Shown: piece by piece, positions 7,507-16,533 of the stretch | Layout: every line of letters starts with the position of its first letter | Position numbering within the stretch: the stretch's first letter is position 1 | Origin: Candidatus Helarchaeota archaeon | GTDB lineage: Archaea > Asgardarchaeota > Lokiarchaeia > Helarchaeales > RDOG01 | Assembly (NCBI GenBank): GCA_019058315.1 | Contig: JAHPZH010000009.1 | Location: 1 to 64,000, forward strand | DNA: 64,000 nt | Direction of reading: 5' to 3' | The notes under the pieces: generated by a model | Database searches by the model: none | What the model was told of the DNA's origin: nothing | What the model saw: only the letters and a program-made list of their open reading frames with translations | Position numbers and translations under genes: made by a program

Positions 7507-10035
7507 TTATTCTTCCTTTTTGATGAAATCTTTTTTGTCTGTTTTAGAAATCGGTTTTTTACTGATTTTATTTTGTAACTCTTTGATGGTTCTTACTGCA
7601 ATAATTAACATGGCAAATGCTACCCCAATGACTGCTAAAATCCCCAAACCTATTGGAGATAACAAAAAGTCCATTGCATTCATGGTGCTCATGATTGGAA
7701 CGAACGGAATATTACCATCCCCCGTTCCTGGATCATTTGGATCCCTGCCTAGTAATATTTCATCGTAATCATTGATTCCATCACCATCTGTATCTGACAT
7801 ACGTGGATTAGTATAGTAAACATGAATTTCATCGTAGTCATTCAAGCCCTCACCATCTGTGTCATTGTTCGTCGCGTTTGTTAGATATACCATTATTTCA
7901 TCGTAATCATTCAAACCATCACTATCAGTGTCGTTATTCGTCGCATTTGTTTGATATATTAAAATTTCATTGCCATCGTTCAAACCATCATCATCCATGT
8001 CGTCATTCGTCGCATTTGTTTGATAAATTAAAATTTCATTGCCATCGTTCAAACCATCATTATCAGTGTCATTATTTGATGGATTTGTATTATAGTACCA
8101 AATTTCCTGAAGAAAAGTAAGACCATCCGAATCCAAATCATCTTCACCATTCTGTATAACTTTAATACACCTCAAGTCTCCATCATAAGCGGCAACGTAT
8201 GCAACATCTCCCGAAATTGCCACGCCCCATGCATTTCCTGAGAGGGAACAAGTGCCGATTTCAGAAGGGCTAGTCGGGTTGCTAATATTTACACACCATA
8301 AGCCTCCATTATAAGCGGCAACGTATGCAACATCTCCCGAAACTGCCACACCATATGCATCTCCTGAGAGTACACAATAGCCGATTTCAGAGGGGCTTGT
8401 CGGGTCGCTAATATTTGCAATCCGCAAGCCTTCATCATAAGCAGCAACGTATGCAACATCTCCCGAAACTGCCACGCCCCTTGCAATTCTTGAGAAAACG
8501 CCGATTTCAGAGGGGCTTGTTGGGTCGCTAATATTTACAATCCACAAGCCTGCATTATTAGCGGCAACGTATGCAACATCTCCCGAAACTTCCACGCCAT
8601 ATATATCTCCTGAGAGTACACAATAGCCGATTTCAGAGGGGCTTGTCGGGTCGCTAATATCTATACACCGCAAAACTTCCCAATCACCAAGATACGCCAC
8701 ATCCCCCGAAACTGCCACGCCCTTTGCATCTCCTGAGGAGAGATAGAAGCCGATTTCAGAGGGCTTAGTCGGGTCGCTAATATTTACACACCGCAAGTCT
8801 CCAAACTCAGCGGTAACGTATGCAACATCTCCCGAAACTGCCACGCCCCATGCATATCCTGAGAGTACACAATAGCCGATTTCAGAAGGGCTGGTCGGGT
8901 CGCTTATATCAATGCACCGCAAGTCTCCATCATAAGCGGCAACATATGCAACATCTCCCGAAACTGCCACGCCCCATGCATTTCCTGAGAGGGAACAAGC
9001 GCCGATTTCAGAGGGGTTGATAGGTTCACTTATTTTAATACACCGCAAGCCTTGGTGCCAATCAGCAATATATGCAACATCCCCTGAAACTTTTATATCC
9101 CAAGCTTGTCCTGTCGTGTTGAAAGAGGCGATTAGCGAGGGATTAGTTGGATCGCTAATATTAATGCACTGTAACCCTTGAAACTGTCCTGCAACATATG
9201 CTAGGTCTCCCGAAATTGCCACTCCTAGTGCTCCTCCCCAACTGTTGTTAAAACCCAGTAGCGAGGGGCTGGTCGGGTCGCTTATATTTATACATACTAC
9301 ACCTTGAACGTCATCAGCAAGGTATACCACATCCCCGGAGACTGCAACTCTTCGGACGTATCCTGTAGTATTGTAGTCCCCTATTTCAGAGGGGTTGCTC
9401 GGGTCTGTAATATTTATACACCGTAAACCTTGAGAATACGCAGCAACATATGCGACATCTCCCGAAACTGCCACACCCCATGCGTTTACAGAAGAGCAAG
9501 AGCCTATTTGAGAGGGATTAGTCGGGTCGGAAATATTAACACATCGTAAAGCATCCCAATCGGCAAGATACGCCACATCCCCCGAAACTGCAACCCCGGA
9601 ACAATTCCCTGGGTTATCATATGAACCGATCTCGGAGGGACTAGTTGGGTTGCTTATATTGATACATCGCAAGAAATAACAATCCGCAACATACGCGACG
9701 TCTCCCGCTATAACCACATCCAATGCATTTCCTGAGGTGTTATAGGAACCTATCTCAGAGGGGTTTGTTGGATCGCCAATATTTATACACCGCAAGCCCT
9801 GAGTATCGTCAGCAAGATATGCCACATCACCTGAAATTGCTAGTGCCCGTGCGTAGCCCGTTGTGTTATAAAAACCAAGCTCTGCCTCATCCGTTTCTAA
9901 TAATTGCTCAGTTGCCTTCTCGTTATTGCTGTTAATATTTGGAATTACTATGCTATTTGTCATAAAACAAGATAAAACCAGTAATGAAACAATACATGCT
10001 AGTACACTTGTGCATTTAACCAATTTACATTTCAA
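7507..10035 (-). CDS. Membrane-anchored surface protein: signal peptide, ~14 LVIVD repeats (two beta-propellers), TSP3-like Ca-binding DxDxDG repeats, C-terminal TM
   Basis: ~41-aa GVAVSGDVAYVA..LRCIDISDPTSP repeats; DTDNDGLNDGNEI repeats; hydrophobic N- and C-terminal segments; visibly higher GC. Confidence 0.9.
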   Translation of the reverse strand: MKCKLVKCTSVLACIVSLLVLSCFMTNSIVIPNINSNNEKATEQLLETDEAELGFYNTTGYARALAISGDVAYLADDTQGLRCINIGDPTNPSEIGSYNTSGNALDVVIAGDVAYVADCYFLRCINISNPTSPSEIGSYDNPGNCSGVAVSGDVAYLADWDALRCVNISDPTNPSQIGSCSSVNAWGVAVSGDVAYVAAYSQGLRCINITDPSNPSEIGDYNTTGYVRRVAVSGDVVYLADDVQGVVCINISDPTSPSLLGFNNSWGGALGVAISGDLAYVAGQFQGLQCINISDPTNPSLIASFNTTGQAWDIKVSGDVAYIADWHQGLRCIKISEPINPSEIGACSLSGNAWGVAVSGDVAYVAAYDGDLRCIDISDPTSPSEIGYCVLSGYAWGVAVSGDVAYVTAEFGDLRCVNISDPTKPSEIGFYLSSGDAKGVAVSGDVAYLGDWEVLRCIDISDPTSPSEIGYCVLSGDIYGVEVSGDVAYVAANNAGLWIVNISDPTSPSEIGVFSRIARGVAVSGDVAYVAAYDEGLRIANISDPTSPSEIGYCVLSGDAYGVAVSGDVAYVAAYNGGLWCVNISNPTSPSEIGTCSLSGNAWGVAISGDVAYVAAYDGDLRCIKVIQNGEDDLDSDGLTFLQEIWYYNTNPSNNDTDNDGLNDGNEILIYQTNATNDDMDDDGLNDGNEILIYQTNATNNDTDSDGLNDYDEIMVYLTNATNNDTDGEGLNDYDEIHVYYTNPRMSDTDGDGINDYDEILLGRDPNDPGTGDGNIPFVPIMSTMNAMDFLLSPIGLGILAVIGVAFAMLIIAVRTIKELQNKISKKPISKTDKKDFIKKEE

Positions 10036-10269
10036 TAGATCACTCCCTAAAGTGATGAATTGTAAAGCAAAAAGATATTATATTTGTAAATTAAGAAAAA
10101 TCCTTTTAAAATTATCTATATAAAAATGAGAAAACGATTCATTTATGAAATTCATGTAGATGATAGAATCTTAACTTTAGAGAGAAAGTATTAAATTATT
10201 GGTATTTAAAGTCCAGAAAGTCTACTAAAAGGATTGAAAATCTTATTAAATTGCCCGAAAGGATAATAC

Positions 10270-10312
10270 TATTAACAAACATTTCAAAAAAAGTCATTAA
10301 ATGAATTATTTT
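10270..10312. repeat. Inverted copy of 7186-7225 (imperfect ~40-bp inverted repeat flanking the LVIVD gene)
   Basis: Reverse complement of 10270-10296 (TGACTTTTTTTGAAATGTTTGTTAATA) matches 7199-7225 (TGAGTTTTTTCGAAATGTTTGTTAATA) at 25/27. Confidence 0.85.
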
Positions 10313-10330
10313 TTCTATTTTTATATAGAT

Positions 10331-11155
10331 TTATTTCTTATTTACCCTCTTTTTTGCCCAATATCCTCTTGGTGGTTTTTTAAGACCAAATTTTTTGCAT
10401 CTTTTTTCAATAGTTTTACTAGAGACTCCAAACATTTTAGCAATTTTAGTTGATGGAATTTCCCATACAAGCTTTTTAAGTTGTTCTTTAGAAATTTCAA
10501 ATTTTTTTTTGCCTGTATTTTTTTTACTTGCTTCTATTGCACGTTTGACCCGTTCTTCTTTAGTACAAAAATGTCGTCTTTTTCGCGGTAAACTATTTTT
10601 ATAATTTTTCATCATCTCGTTAAATAATTCCGCTCCTAGAGTTAAATAATATCTCTCACCATGGATTTCTCTCTGATCAATAATACTTACATCTTTGTTA
10701 TGTGTAATATTAAATGGTAAATTGAAACTTTCCTTAATTTGTTTTAAGAATATTTTACTTCCCGAACAAATCTTGGTCGTATTTTGTTGTCCATCACCAT
10801 CAAAATAGCCCAATAAAAATGCTAAATAGAATTCTTTTCGTTTAAAATTAGGTAACTCTATTTTTTTTGACTTCCTTGGCACAATCCCATGATTTATAAG
10901 ATCTTTAGTTAATTTCTTATTTCTTATACATAAGCGTACCATTTTTTCTTGAAATATTTTATTTTTTTCAAATGCATTTAAGCTTTTAATTAACGAATCA
11001 ATGATTTGTTCATCTTTTTTATCCACAGCAACTTGAAGTCGGTAACTTTTTGGTCTTCTTTTTTCAGTATTTATATTTCCATCAGCATAAAGAAAACCAA
11101 GCCAATATGCTTTCTCTTTATTGTCAATATTTTCAAAATAATTTTCAGTAATCAT
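10331..11155 (-). CDS. Free-standing LAGLIDADG endonuclease-like + HTH protein, paralog of the C-terminus of ORF 1-1862
   Basis: YWLGFLYADG, AFLLGYFDGDG, SLPRKRRHFCT, KPPRGYW. Confidence 0.82.
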   Translation of the reverse strand: MITENYFENIDNKEKAYWLGFLYADGNINTEKRRPKSYRLQVAVDKKDEQIIDSLIKSLNAFEKNKIFQEKMVRLCIRNKKLTKDLINHGIVPRKSKKIELPNFKRKEFYLAFLLGYFDGDGQQNTTKICSGSKIFLKQIKESFNLPFNITHNKDVSIIDQREIHGERYYLTLGAELFNEMMKNYKNSLPRKRRHFCTKEERVKRAIEASKKNTGKKKFEISKEQLKKLVWEIPSTKIAKMFGVSSKTIEKRCKKFGLKKPPRGYWAKKRVNKK

Positions 11156-11205
11156 TCTGGACCTTTTTTTACATGCTTCTGGCTCTTAATATCAGTATAT
11201 ATTAT

Positions 11206-11301
11206 AAAATGCGCACTATATATGTTTTTAATTTATAAATGAAACAGATTTGCGCAAAATAATAAATTAAATTTTTTGAAGTAAGAAATTTGCGCAAATT
11301 T
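11206..11301. promoter_or_regulatory. Three TGCGCA-centred palindromic operator-like sites upstream of the LAGLIDADG-HTH gene
   Basis: TGCGCA at 11210, 11251 and 11291; perfect 16-bp palindrome AAATTTGCGCAAATTT at 11286-11301. Confidence 0.6.
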
Positions 11302-11562
11302 ATAGGAAATTAGCTATTATACTCACTTTTATTTAATAAATGAGTTAAAAAATAATTATTATATGAAGGGTAAAATTACCAAAGAATAAGGAATTAGACT
11401 AGAAAAAGCGATTTAAGAATTTTTTTTAATTTAAGGAAAGAACAAAATTAAATCAGATTATTACTTATTAACTTGAGCAAATTTAGAAATAGATACACAT
11501 AAACTAAGTAATAGACAACTTAAAATCTAAATTATTCATTATATATTATTTTAAAAAATTAA

Positions 11563-11649
11563 TGGCGCTAAGGGTGAGATTTGAACTCACGCTCCCTTAC
11601 GGGAAAAGGATTAGCAATCCTTCGCCTTAACCAACTTGGCTACCTTAGC
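11563..11649 (-). tRNA. tRNA-Ser(GCU), intronless, encoded CCA
   Basis: AAGGA-TT-GCT-AA-TCCTT anticodon arm, long variable arm, GTGAG-TTCAAAT-CTCAC. Confidence 0.97.
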
Positions 11650-11706
11650 TTTTTTTGTAAATCAATTATACAATCCAAACAGTATTTTTAATATCTTTTT
11701 CATAAG

Positions 11707-12014
11707 TGCGGCTACCCAAAATTCGATGGTCATCCTATATACCGTTTCCAAAACCTGGTCTCAAAGCCGTTGACCTTGAGCATTCAACCTTAGACCTTAC
11801 GCTGCTCTCTCCCGAGCCTCGCTGGGTTCGATCATTAAATATAGTAGGGAACTTTCCTACGAAAGTCCCTCTATAACGGAGAATTCCAAGGGCGGCATCT
11901 CATTGCCATGGAATCAGTCGTATATATATTCAGAATCATCTCCAATCGGCTTCGGTCCATCCTATAGAGCACTTATGGCAAAGAAAGGCCCTAGCTTTCA
12001 ACCTAGTAACCGCA
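11707..12014 (-). ncRNA. ffs: Archaeal SRP (7S) RNA
   Basis: ~308 nt; terminal helix TGCGGTTACT/GGTAGCCGCA; helix 6 GGGACTTTC-GTAG-GAAAGTTCCC; helix 8 AGG-CTC-GGGA-GAG-AGCAG. Confidence 0.88.
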
Positions 12015-12138
12015 AGATTATTGTTATTTTTAAATTATAAAAATTTTTGCAATTTAATTATATTAAATTTACAACTCAAACTAATACATTGTTAATATTT
12101 AAGTTGGAGTTATTTAAAACAAAAATTTAATATTATAT

Positions 12139-13071
12139 TTATGAAATTTTTTCCATTAATTCGCAAAATTTACAAATCTCTGAAGAAGTTGGTTCATTAC
12201 ATTTAATACAAGCCTTAAAACTATCAAATTTTTGGAGATCAGCTTGATTTTTCATAAAAATTTGATCATAAAATTTTAACAAATTAAATTTTACTGATGG
12301 ATTCTTTTGTTCTAATATACTCATCACTGTTTTGATATTCCTTCGCATAGATTCAGAAGCATATGGACACTCAATTGAATGAATTGGCAAATTTTTATAA
12401 TAGGCATATAAAGTTATTTCTTTTTCTGGAATTTCACGGAATGGTTTAATTCTAGGAACAAAATGAGGATGTTTTTCATATGGAATAGGATCATATCGCA
12501 ATAAACGAGTAATATCGCTTCTAGTTATATTCATTAAGATTGTTTCAGCCTCGTCATCAAGATTATGAGCAGTGGCTAATTTTTTTGCGCCTAATTCTTT
12601 TGCAGTATTATTTAATGCCCTACGTCTTAGAACTCCACAGTAAGAACAAGCCTTTGTCTCCAAATCCCCTTTTTTTATAAGAATTTTGACAATTTCATCT
12701 AAAGTAAATCCATATAATTCTTTAAAAGTAACAAGATTATAATTAAGATTCAAATTTTCTACTATTTGATCAACAATTTTAATACTATCTTCCCTATATT
12801 TTTCAATCCCTTCGTCTACTGTAATAATATCTATTGAAAAGTTTTTATGTTCTCTTTGCATCTTGTCCATAATATAAAGCAATGTTACGCTATCTTTACC
12901 TCCTGAAAGTCCGTATGCTATCTTATCATTTTTGCTAACCATCTTGTATTTTGTAATAGTTTTAGCTACTTTTCTTTCAATTGATTTACAAAAACATTTT
13001 TTACATAATTTTTGTCCTGAATATTTCCGATTATAAACGGCTGTTTTTTCTTTACAATTTGAGCAAATCAT
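12139..13071 (-). CDS. tRNA 2-thiolation protein (TtuA/Ncs6, TIGR00269 family)
   Basis: N- and C-terminal CxxC zinc fingers, SGGKDS PP-loop, CSYCGVLRR, HNLDDEAET. Confidence 0.9.
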   Translation of the reverse strand: MICSNCKEKTAVYNRKYSGQKLCKKCFCKSIERKVAKTITKYKMVSKNDKIAYGLSGGKDSVTLLYIMDKMQREHKNFSIDIITVDEGIEKYREDSIKIVDQIVENLNLNYNLVTFKELYGFTLDEIVKILIKKGDLETKACSYCGVLRRRALNNTAKELGAKKLATAHNLDDEAETILMNITRSDITRLLRYDPIPYEKHPHFVPRIKPFREIPEKEITLYAYYKNLPIHSIECPYASESMRRNIKTVMSILEQKNPSVKFNLLKFYDQIFMKNQADLQKFDSFKACIKCNEPTSSEICKFCELMEKIS

Positions 13072-13088
13072 AGATTATTATTCCTTAT

Positions 13089-14456
13089 TTAACCTAAAAA
13101 AACACTTAAATCAAAGTTACCTGTTATCATGTTTAATACAGTTATAAAGATACTACCTAAAAACAAAAATATTGAGTATATTCTTACTATATTAATAATT
13201 ATATCTGCTTTAGTATATTTTCTTTTCTTATTATTATTTTTTGAATTTAAATCATCAGAATTATTAGTCATATCTTTTTGAGTTTTTGTTAACTTATTGA
13301 CTAAAGTTACCCAAAGTTTATCTCCATCAAATAAAGGAATCGGCATTAAATTAAATAATGCGACTCCTAACGAAAGAATAAAAACCCATGAAATTGTTTT
13401 GATGATTGAAAAATAAAATATTGGGCCTAGCCAAGAAACCATGAATCCTAAAAATCCATCTGCTGGATAATGGTTCGAAATACTCACTCCTAACGCACCT
13501 CTATTATTTTTAATGACTTCATCTCTATTAGGAAGAATATTGTTTGAAGAATTTTTAGGAAATATTTCAATAGGTAAAGGTTGTCCAAAGTAATAATTAT
13601 ATACCCAAGTTTTAACCGGATAAAGCTGTAATATCATGGTTTCTAACGGTGAGTCTGTAATAATCCTTAAAGTTTGATTTGGTTTTGTATTCCACATATA
13701 TAAGGTCAACCAATTAGTATCCAAAATAGGGGTTTCATTTATAGCTCTAATTACGGAGCCTGGAGATAAATACCCCATAGTTGGTCCTAAACTAACATCT
13801 TGTATCAATACCCCTGAAGGTGTAGAAGAGTAAAATGGACTTAGAAAAATATTTGCATTTATGAATATCGTAAAAGTAAAAAATCCTACCATTAAATTAG
13901 CAAAAGACCCCGCAGAGAAAACTCTCATTTGGGATTTTGCGCTTTTCTTTTGAAGCTGTTTTTCATCAACTTCAACAAAAGCTCCAAATAAAACTAAAAA
14001 CATTAGAAAACCTGAAGATTTTAATTTAATTTTATCAATTCTTGCTGCAATTCCGTGTGCAAGCTCATGGGAAACCATAATTATAATGAGAGGGATTATA
14101 ATTTGTAGTAAAGTTTCCCCTCCAACTGTAACCCCTGGGATTAAAGGGAGGACTGCGTTTATTTCAGCTGCAGAAGGTGAAAGTAACATAATGAAATTAT
14201 AGGTGAGAAACCCTACTATTAAAACCATACCAATTATTCCTGCTCCTATTCCCACATTCCAAATTTTTTTCCATAGATTCGGAGCTTTTCTGGCTATTCT
14301 ATCAATAATTCTGTTAAACTTTCTGGTTTTAATTAGTAATATTCCAGGTTCTATTTCCCAACCTCTTTTTTTTAAATTAAATAATTTATTTAAAATATAA
14401 AGACAAGTCCAGAAAACTAGCATAAATATTAAAACTATAAAAATTTGAGTTTGCAT
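13089..14456 (-). CDS. Site-2 protease (M50) with PDZ-like insert
   Basis: HELAH, LFGAFVE, FSAGSFAN, NLMPIPLFDG. Confidence 0.92.
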   Translation of the reverse strand: MQTQIFIVLIFMLVFWTCLYILNKLFNLKKRGWEIEPGILLIKTRKFNRIIDRIARKAPNLWKKIWNVGIGAGIIGMVLIVGFLTYNFIMLLSPSAAEINAVLPLIPGVTVGGETLLQIIIPLIIIMVSHELAHGIAARIDKIKLKSSGFLMFLVLFGAFVEVDEKQLQKKSAKSQMRVFSAGSFANLMVGFFTFTIFINANIFLSPFYSSTPSGVLIQDVSLGPTMGYLSPGSVIRAINETPILDTNWLTLYMWNTKPNQTLRIITDSPLETMILQLYPVKTWVYNYYFGQPLPIEIFPKNSSNNILPNRDEVIKNNRGALGVSISNHYPADGFLGFMVSWLGPIFYFSIIKTISWVFILSLGVALFNLMPIPLFDGDKLWVTLVNKLTKTQKDMTNNSDDLNSKNNNKKRKYTKADIIINIVRIYSIFLFLGSIFITVLNMITGNFDLSVFLG

Positions 14457-14657
14457 ACTTATTGGTTGAAGTTGAAAAACATTCAGCTCTTCTCACGCTC
14501 AAAAAGATAAAATAATTTTTTATTTACATATTCTCTTGAAAATATAACTATTAAATAAGAAGAAATTTATTTAAATTATACACGCTTTCTTATAAAAAGA
14601 AAATTTGTTATAGAATAATAACTTAATATTATTTTGATAAGAAAAATTTATAATTAT

Positions 14658-14732
14658 GGACTCGTAGCCTAGCATGGATAAGGCACTGGCCTTCGGAGCC
14701 AGGTATCGAGGGTTCAAATCCCCCCGAGTCCA
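14658..14732 (+). tRNA. tRNA-Arg(UCG), intronless
   Basis: CTGGC-CT-TCG-GA-GCCAG cloverleaf. Confidence 0.95.
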
Positions 14733-14835
14733 CTTTTTCTATTAAACTTTCAAATAATTTTATTTATTCAATGAAATATAATCCAATTTATATTTCATTT
14801 AATAAATCATGTTTATTATATTGAAAAGAAATAAG

Positions 14836-15029
14836 TGGTCCTCCGGGCCGGAATTCCTTACTGATAAAGTATATATCAACAGTTCGGACCAGCGATCCCT
14901 GGGTATCTGTTGATAAGGCTGGCATGATTTCATCAATAGAATTTCTTTCTTTTTCTATCATGCAATAATATCTACAGCCCAGTGCTCTACCAGATTTCTC
15001 AGCGAAAAACGCTTCTAAGCTACCGGAGG
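14836..15029 (-). tRNA. tRNA-Tyr(GUA) with three introns: 15/16 (14995-15014), 37/38 (14905-14971), 59/60 (14853-14882)
   Basis: C1-G72 acceptor, encoded CCA; removing the three BHB-like inserts yields a 77-nt cloverleaf. Confidence 0.88.
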
Positions 15030-15170
15030 ACTTATTATTATAATCTTAGTAATTGAAATTTTTAAATTAAACTATTGATTGGTTAAAAGGCGGTGAAGAA
15101 AATTTAAATAGCATAAATCATTTTTAAAAAGTAAAATAGTATTATCAATAAGAAAATAATAAAAAATCAT

Positions 15171-15292
15171 GCCTCTGTAGTGTAGAAGGATCTTAAATGA
15201 GGTCTTGCATATTTCGGCTTATCATCTGGGACTGTCAATGAATTTACAACAGAACTCCCAGGACCCGGATTCAAATTCCGGCAGGGGCGCCA
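15171..15292 (+). tRNA. tRNA-Asp(GUC) with two introns: 15/16 (15186-15212), 37/38 (15238-15254)
   Basis: BHB helices GTGT/GCAT and CTGT/ACAG with 3-nt bulges; encoded CCA. Confidence 0.92.
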
Positions 15293-15316
15293 AAATAAAT
15301 CTTAAAATATAAATAA

Positions 15317-15393
15317 GGGCTCGTAGCTCAGGATGGTAGAGCACCGGGCTTTTAACCCGATGGTCGCGGGTTCAAATCCCGTCGAGCCCGCCA
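15317..15393 (+). tRNA. tRNA-Lys(UUU), intronless, encoded CCA
   Basis: CCGGG-CT-TTT-AA-CCCGA arm, full cloverleaf. Confidence 0.95.
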
Positions 15394-15519
15394 TTTTATT
15401 TATCCTATATGATAATAATTTTTAAAAAATTTATAATTGAAAAAAATTAAAAACAAAAATTTTATAGTATAGTTAAGCCAAAATAGGGTCATGGGTTTAA
15501 ATTTCGTTAAGCCCGTTAT

Positions 15520-15653
15520 GCCGAGGTAGCTTAGAGGCATAGTTCAAGCTATGTCGAGAAAATCGGGAGATATTCAAACCCGTTAGCGCTGGACTGAAGG
15601 CAAAAACGTCTGAAATCCAGTTGTCGTGAGTTCAAATCTCACCCTCGGCGCCA
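15520..15653 (+). tRNA. tRNA-Phe(GAA) with three introns: 15/16 (15535-15561), 22/23 (15570-15584), 37/38 (15600-15614)
   Basis: BHB helices GCTT/GAGA, CGGG/CCCG and CTGA/TCTG; spliced product is 77 nt. Confidence 0.9.
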
Positions 15654-15689
15654 AATCCTCTAATTTTAGAAAAATTCAGATTTTGCCAA

Positions 15690-16244
15690 TTAAAATGTTT
15701 TACGTTTTTTAATTCTAAATGGACGTTTTCCCCAAATATCAAAAATGATGGCAAACAAAAAAGGGCCCACAGCGCTTATTAGATCTGCGGCCATAAAACT
15801 TAAAAAAGCTGGGAGATTATACACGTTGATATTAAATATCGGAATGATTAAGCCAAAAATAATTTGTTGAATTTGGTTACCAGGGACATAAACCACATAA
15901 AAATAAATTACAGCAAAAAATAATAATAAAGAAATTCCTATTACTAGAAAATTCGATATTAATAATGAAAAACCGATTGTCATTTCCCTTTTGGGCTTTT
16001 TGTATTTCTTTTGTGCAATCTTTTTGTGACGATTTTGAATGAAAAATTCTGCAAACAAAATGGCGCTTCCGCAATTTAAAAAAGTAGCTCCAAGAGGAAC
16101 AAGAATAAGGATAAAAGGGCTAATTATTGGTAAAAAATAGAAAGCAAAAAGAATAATAACGAACTGGATAAGACCCGCTACAGCAAACGAGAAAAATATA
16201 TAACTCAAATTTTCTGCGTTCATCCAATCAATACGAACTGCCAA
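15690..16244 (-). CDS. Hypothetical 4-TM membrane protein
   Basis: Four hydrophobic segments with basic loops. Confidence 0.65.
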   Translation of the reverse strand: MAVRIDWMNAENLSYIFFSFAVAGLIQFVIILFAFYFLPIISPFILILVPLGATFLNCGSAILFAEFFIQNRHKKIAQKKYKKPKREMTIGFSLLISNFLVIGISLLLFFAVIYFYVVYVPGNQIQQIIFGLIIPIFNINVYNLPAFLSFMAADLISAVGPFLFAIIFDIWGKRPFRIKKRKTF

Positions 16245-16370
16245 TATTTGCCCTTCAAATTGTTTTAGTTTAATAAAGTAATTTTTATTTATTAATTTTG
16301 ATTAATCAACTTAATTAATAAAAATTAAAAATGATTAATGATTTTTATTGATTGATAAGTTGGATAATAA

Positions 16371-16475
16371 GGGCGCGTGGTCTAGTACGGGTTTTTCGTG
16401 CGAAAACTCTTGGACAATGGTTATGACGCTGCCTTGACGTGGCAGATATCGCAGGTTCAACTCCTGCCGCGCCCA
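16371..16475 (+). tRNA. tRNA-Val(GAC) with D-loop intron 15/16 (16386-16417)
   Basis: BHB helix GTCT/GGAC; CTGCC-TT-GAC-GT-GGCAG arm. Confidence 0.92.
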
Positions 16476-16533
16476 TATTTCTTTTTAATTCGATATATAC
16501 TTTTTAATTATAAAAAATGAAAAGTATATAAGG

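Noticed and set aside
1880-11649. Integrated provirus or plasmid between tRNA-Val and tRNA-Ser
   Set aside because: No integrase, capsid or replication gene, and I found no duplicated tRNA 3' end (att site) in the window
11707-12014. RNase P RNA
   Set aside because: Lacks the GAGGAAAGUCC / AACAGAA P4 signatures; helix 6 and helix 8 motifs fit SRP RNA
14905-14971. C/D box guide RNA inside the tRNA-Tyr intron
   Set aside because: A UGAUGA is present but there is no CUGA box D
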